Source: Zootoca vivipara
Lineage: Eukaryota
Direction of reading: 5' to 3'
Length of the DNA stretch: 64,000 bases
NCBI RefSeq assembly: GCF_963506605.1
Contig: NC_083289.1
Span: forward strand, 28,024,001-28,088,000
Shown here piece by piece: positions 60,801 to 64,000 of the stretch (positions are counted from its first letter, which is position 1; every line of letters begins with the position of its first letter). The translations under genes were made by a program, and so were the position numbers. A model generated the notes under the pieces. That model saw nothing but the letters and a program-made list of their open reading frames with translations. It did not search any database and had not been told where the DNA came from.

Positions 60801-63686
60801 GGTTGTAGGAGAGGGTGAGCCGGGCCTGGACGTGCTCCAGCTGCCCCACATAGCTGGCCTTCCCCAGGCAGGCGTCCACTTTCTGCCGCACCTCCAGCCG
60901 CTTCCCGATGTCCCTGCAGGAGGCAACAGGCACCCATGGTCAGGGCCGGAACAGGCTGTGAAAGGAGCAAGAGCCCCGCCACTCCCCTTCCTGCAGGAGC
61001 TGGGATCCCTAGCCTGGCCAGAGGAGGCTTTGCCAGCCAGCAGCAACCTCAGAGAGCAGATTGTGCAGGGCAGAACTCTGGATAAAAAGAGGGTTGCAGT
61101 GGGCAGGAACGATGGGGCTGGCCTGCTCTAGCAAGGACCACCAACCCAGCCTCATCCCAACCCCTCAGCATCCTCTTATCCCCTGATGTCCAGCACCACA
61201 GGACCACAAGGTGTTGTCCACCAGCAGCAAAATATCCAGAATTAGCCTGAAAAGCAAACTCCAGCCCGGTCCTTGGCACTCAGCGGTGTTTGGAGGGGAG
61301 GGCAGGGCAAGAAATGGGAGCAGCCCCCGCTGCAGCAACACCCTGGAGAAAGGCAGCTCTGTCCTGTCCTTCAAAAGCCTCCTCTGTCTGGTTCATGTGG
61401 ACGGCTGGACACTCCCTCCCTCTCTCTCTCCAGCCGCTTCCTGCCAGTTCCAGCCCACGCCTAGGGAAGCTGCAGCCACTTCTCCTTCCCCAATTTCTAG
61501 GCCACTGCCCATTTCAGATCAGATACTCCTTAGGATTTCTACACATTGCCTGTGCAATGTTCAAAGACAGACGACACAATAGTCTAGTCCTCAAGGAGCC
61601 CGATGCCCCAAGCTTGTTTCACCCTCAGTAACTGGTGCCCCCTCCTTCCATATAGAGGCTGGCCCTCAGGACGGCCTGACCCCCAAACCCACCCACTCCC
61701 CGCTCCACTGTGGGGACGCACTTTGGCTCGGTGAGTATGTCCAGGACACACTTCCGCTGAGGCCCCACCGAGGTCCAGTTCCTGGCAAGAGTCACCATGG
61801 CACCGGCGTCCAGGAGTCCATAGCCGTATGAGTGGCTGACTGCAAGCAGAGGGAGGAACAAGAGTTTGTGAGAGCCTCAGGACCTGCTCCTGCACCCTGC
61901 TACCCCGCCAGAGTGGCATGCCCCCACTCCGTGGCAGGCGCCTGCTTACCTTTGCGTCCTACCCCATTGGTGGCCCAGTCGTTAGTGTTGAGGTGGGCGG
62001 GCTTGGAGGTCTGAACAACCAGGTGCTGCATATCACGCCAGGTCAGGTTCTTGCTGCGGAGAAGGAGCAGCCGTGTCTCACCGGAGAGGGCAAGGGTGCC
62101 AAACCCCTCATCTCCATCAGTGATCAAAGCAGCAGCACCCCCCACCCCCACAAGCCCTTCTCCCCTCCCTCCCTCCTGGCCCCCTTACTTGGCTTCCAGC
62201 GCCAGGGCGATGATTCCAGCTGCCAATGGGGCAGAGGCGGAGGTACCTGTGTGGGACTCGGTGCACTTCTGCCTCAGGTCTGTTGTCACCTGGGGAGGAG
62301 GAGGAGGAGGCACAGGGTGATTGCCAGGTTGTGACCCAAAGCCCACCCCCAACCCCCCTGTCAGGCCCGATGGAGACTCACAATCTGCTTCTCGTTCTGG
62401 CTGCCGCTGCTGTAGGTGGTGGCGAGGGTGGAGGAGCAAGCCTCGCTGTACCAGGGCACGTTCCCGTACTGGGTGGTGCTGCTGATCGAGAGGGTGTAGA
62501 TGCTGTTGGTGTAGCCGTCGCAGTTGCAGCTGTCGTGCTCGCGCCCGCCATTCCCAGAAGCCCAGACGAAGATGGAGCCCAGTCCGTTGCGGCCCTGGGG
62601 TGGGGTGGGGACTAAGTCAGGCAGAGGCAAGACGGGGTGGGGGGCTTGGCAGCAGCCCAATCTCGCCCCAAGAGCCGCCTTTCCTCCTCCCCTGGCTGCA
62701 GACCACAGGCTTACCTGGCTGACGCCCCGGTAGAAGGCCTCTTCGGCCAAGCGGGCCGGGCCGTCCACCGTCTTGCCGTCATCCTCGGGGCCCCAGCTGG
62801 CGCTATAGATGTGGATGTGGTTGGGGTTGAGGCCCAGGGAACGGGCCTCCACAGCATCCGTCACCTCTCCATCCAGCATGCGGACACCTAAGATGATGGT
62901 ACAGTTGGACATCACTAATGGCACTGCTCTGGTCTGCCTTGGCCAGGCCCCACCTGGAGTCCTGGGCACCACAGTTTGAGGAGGATACTGACAAGTTGGA
63001 AGAGGTGCTGAAGAGGGTGACCGAAATGATCAAGGGTCTGGAAGCCAAGCCTTATGGGGAACGGTGGAAGGAGTTAGGCATGTTTCACCTGGAGAAGGGG
63101 TGATATGAGAGCCACCTTCAAATATCTGAAGGGCTGCCACATGGAGGATGGAGCAAGCTTATTTTGTGATGCTCCAGAGCAGGCATCCCCAAACTTCGGC
63201 CCTCCAGATGTTTTGGACTACAATTCCCATAATCCCTGACCACTGGTCCTCTTAGATAGGGATCATGGGAGTTGTAGGCCAAAACATCTGGAGGGCCGAA
63301 GTTTGGGGATGCCTGCTCCAGAGTGTAGGGTCCAAACTAACGGATCCAAATGACAAGAAATGAGATTCCCACTAAACCTTGGGGGGGGGGGCAAATCTGA
63401 CTATACGAGCTGTTTGACAGGGGAACGACCTCCTTTTCCTGGATTCTTGTGATTCTTCCTTTGCAGGGGGGTTGGATTAGAAGACTCTCGGGGTCCCTTC
63501 CAACTCTACAATTTATGAGTTTAGCTCTGGGCAGCTAACCCAGTGTGAGAAGCTGGATGCAGAGCAGAGCCCAAGGCAGAGACGATGCCCTCCTCACCTC
63601 CGATCTTGGCGTTGTAAGCAACACCTACACCACAGATGCCATTGTTTGCCACGGCAGCTACTTCGCCTGCACACCGAGTACCATGC
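57837..63686 (-). CDS. FURIN: Furin (proprotein convertase), 3' partial; upstream exons lie beyond the window
   Basis: Exons: 63686-63598 (HGTRCAGEV, catalytic His), 62887-62715, 62594-62382 (SGNGG), 62289-62189 (HTGTSASAP, catalytic Ser), 62053-61950, 61839-61722, 60913-60734 (RRGDL, P domain), 60645-60521, 59193-59077, 58381-57837 (Cys-rich region, TM, YKGL tail, TGA). Confidence 0.96.
59430..59673. mobile_element. Old DNA-transposon remnant, same family as ~38516-38890
   Basis: Shares GACT.TGAAAAGCT..GGATCAAG.TCATC..TTTTAAT.GGATTTTGAATAAA..TGCAATTAATTGTT..AAACTGCT.TTCTGA..CACTGGGAAT..GAACC.CTG with 38516-38890. Confidence 0.55.
60107..60484 (+). mobile_element. CR1 LINE 3' fragment (well preserved)
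   Basis: ORF reads [50 protein letters not shown]; terminal TTCTATGA repeats. Confidence 0.9.
62920..63520 (+). mobile_element. Degraded CR1 LINE 3' fragment (split by a MITE)
   Basis: Translates to RPHLE.WAPQF..D.DKLE.V.KR.T.MIKGLE..YGER.KELG.F.LE, with a CR1 terminus near 63510. Confidence 0.8.
63180..63315. mobile_element. 136-bp palindromic hAT MITE, copy 2, inserted in a CR1 fragment
   Basis: Nearly identical to 42125-42260; 8-bp TSD CTCCAGAG. Confidence 0.9.
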
Positions 63687-64000
63687 CTGTAAGAAGGAGA
63701 GGGGGGGTCGGACTTGAGCTGGGTGAGGAGGGACTGGCAGCCATATGTTAGAACAGGGAGAAAACAGGGGACAGGGGACAAGCAAACCTGCCCCAAACTT
63801 CTCTCCCTCTTAGTGCAGCTGAACAACACAGTCAGGGTTCAAATGGGCAAAGGGGGGGAGGGGGACAGAGGGGGGAAGTGCGGTATTCCCAGGGGGTAGG
63901 AAGCTCCACCCACCTTTCCTTCTGCACAGCACCATTCCCAGCCCACATGTCACCAGCGACTGAGCTTCCAGGACTGAGCAGAACTGGTGTTCCTCTTTCC

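Overview
Vertebrate genomic DNA, most likely a squamate reptile (a lacertid-type lizard, judged from a Sauria-type SINE and the CR1/L2/L1/Penelope/hAT/Tc1 repeat mix). The window holds the block syntenic with human 15q26.1, all on the minus strand. It contains FURIN (last 10 coding exons, 5' part outside the window), FES (18 coding exons, ~824 aa), MAN2A2 (22 coding exons plus one cassette exon, ~1151/1177 aa), UNC45A (20 exons, ~941 aa) and RCCD1 (8 exons, ~362 aa). All exon boundaries were read by hand and have GT-AG sites with consistent phases. The main discovery is a three-exon SHISAL1/KIAA1644-like module (signal peptide, Cys-rich Shisa ectodomain, one transmembrane helix) just upstream of UNC45A. 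It has no stop codon before the UNC45A start and joins UNC45A in frame by either of two routes, predicting a membrane-anchored Shisa-UNC45A chaperone fusion of ~1082 or ~1136 aa. Other observations: HDDC3 is not recognisable at its usual position, the furin tail lacks the CK2 phospho-serines, several TE insertions are nested and keep their TSDs, and there is a 143-N assembly gap.
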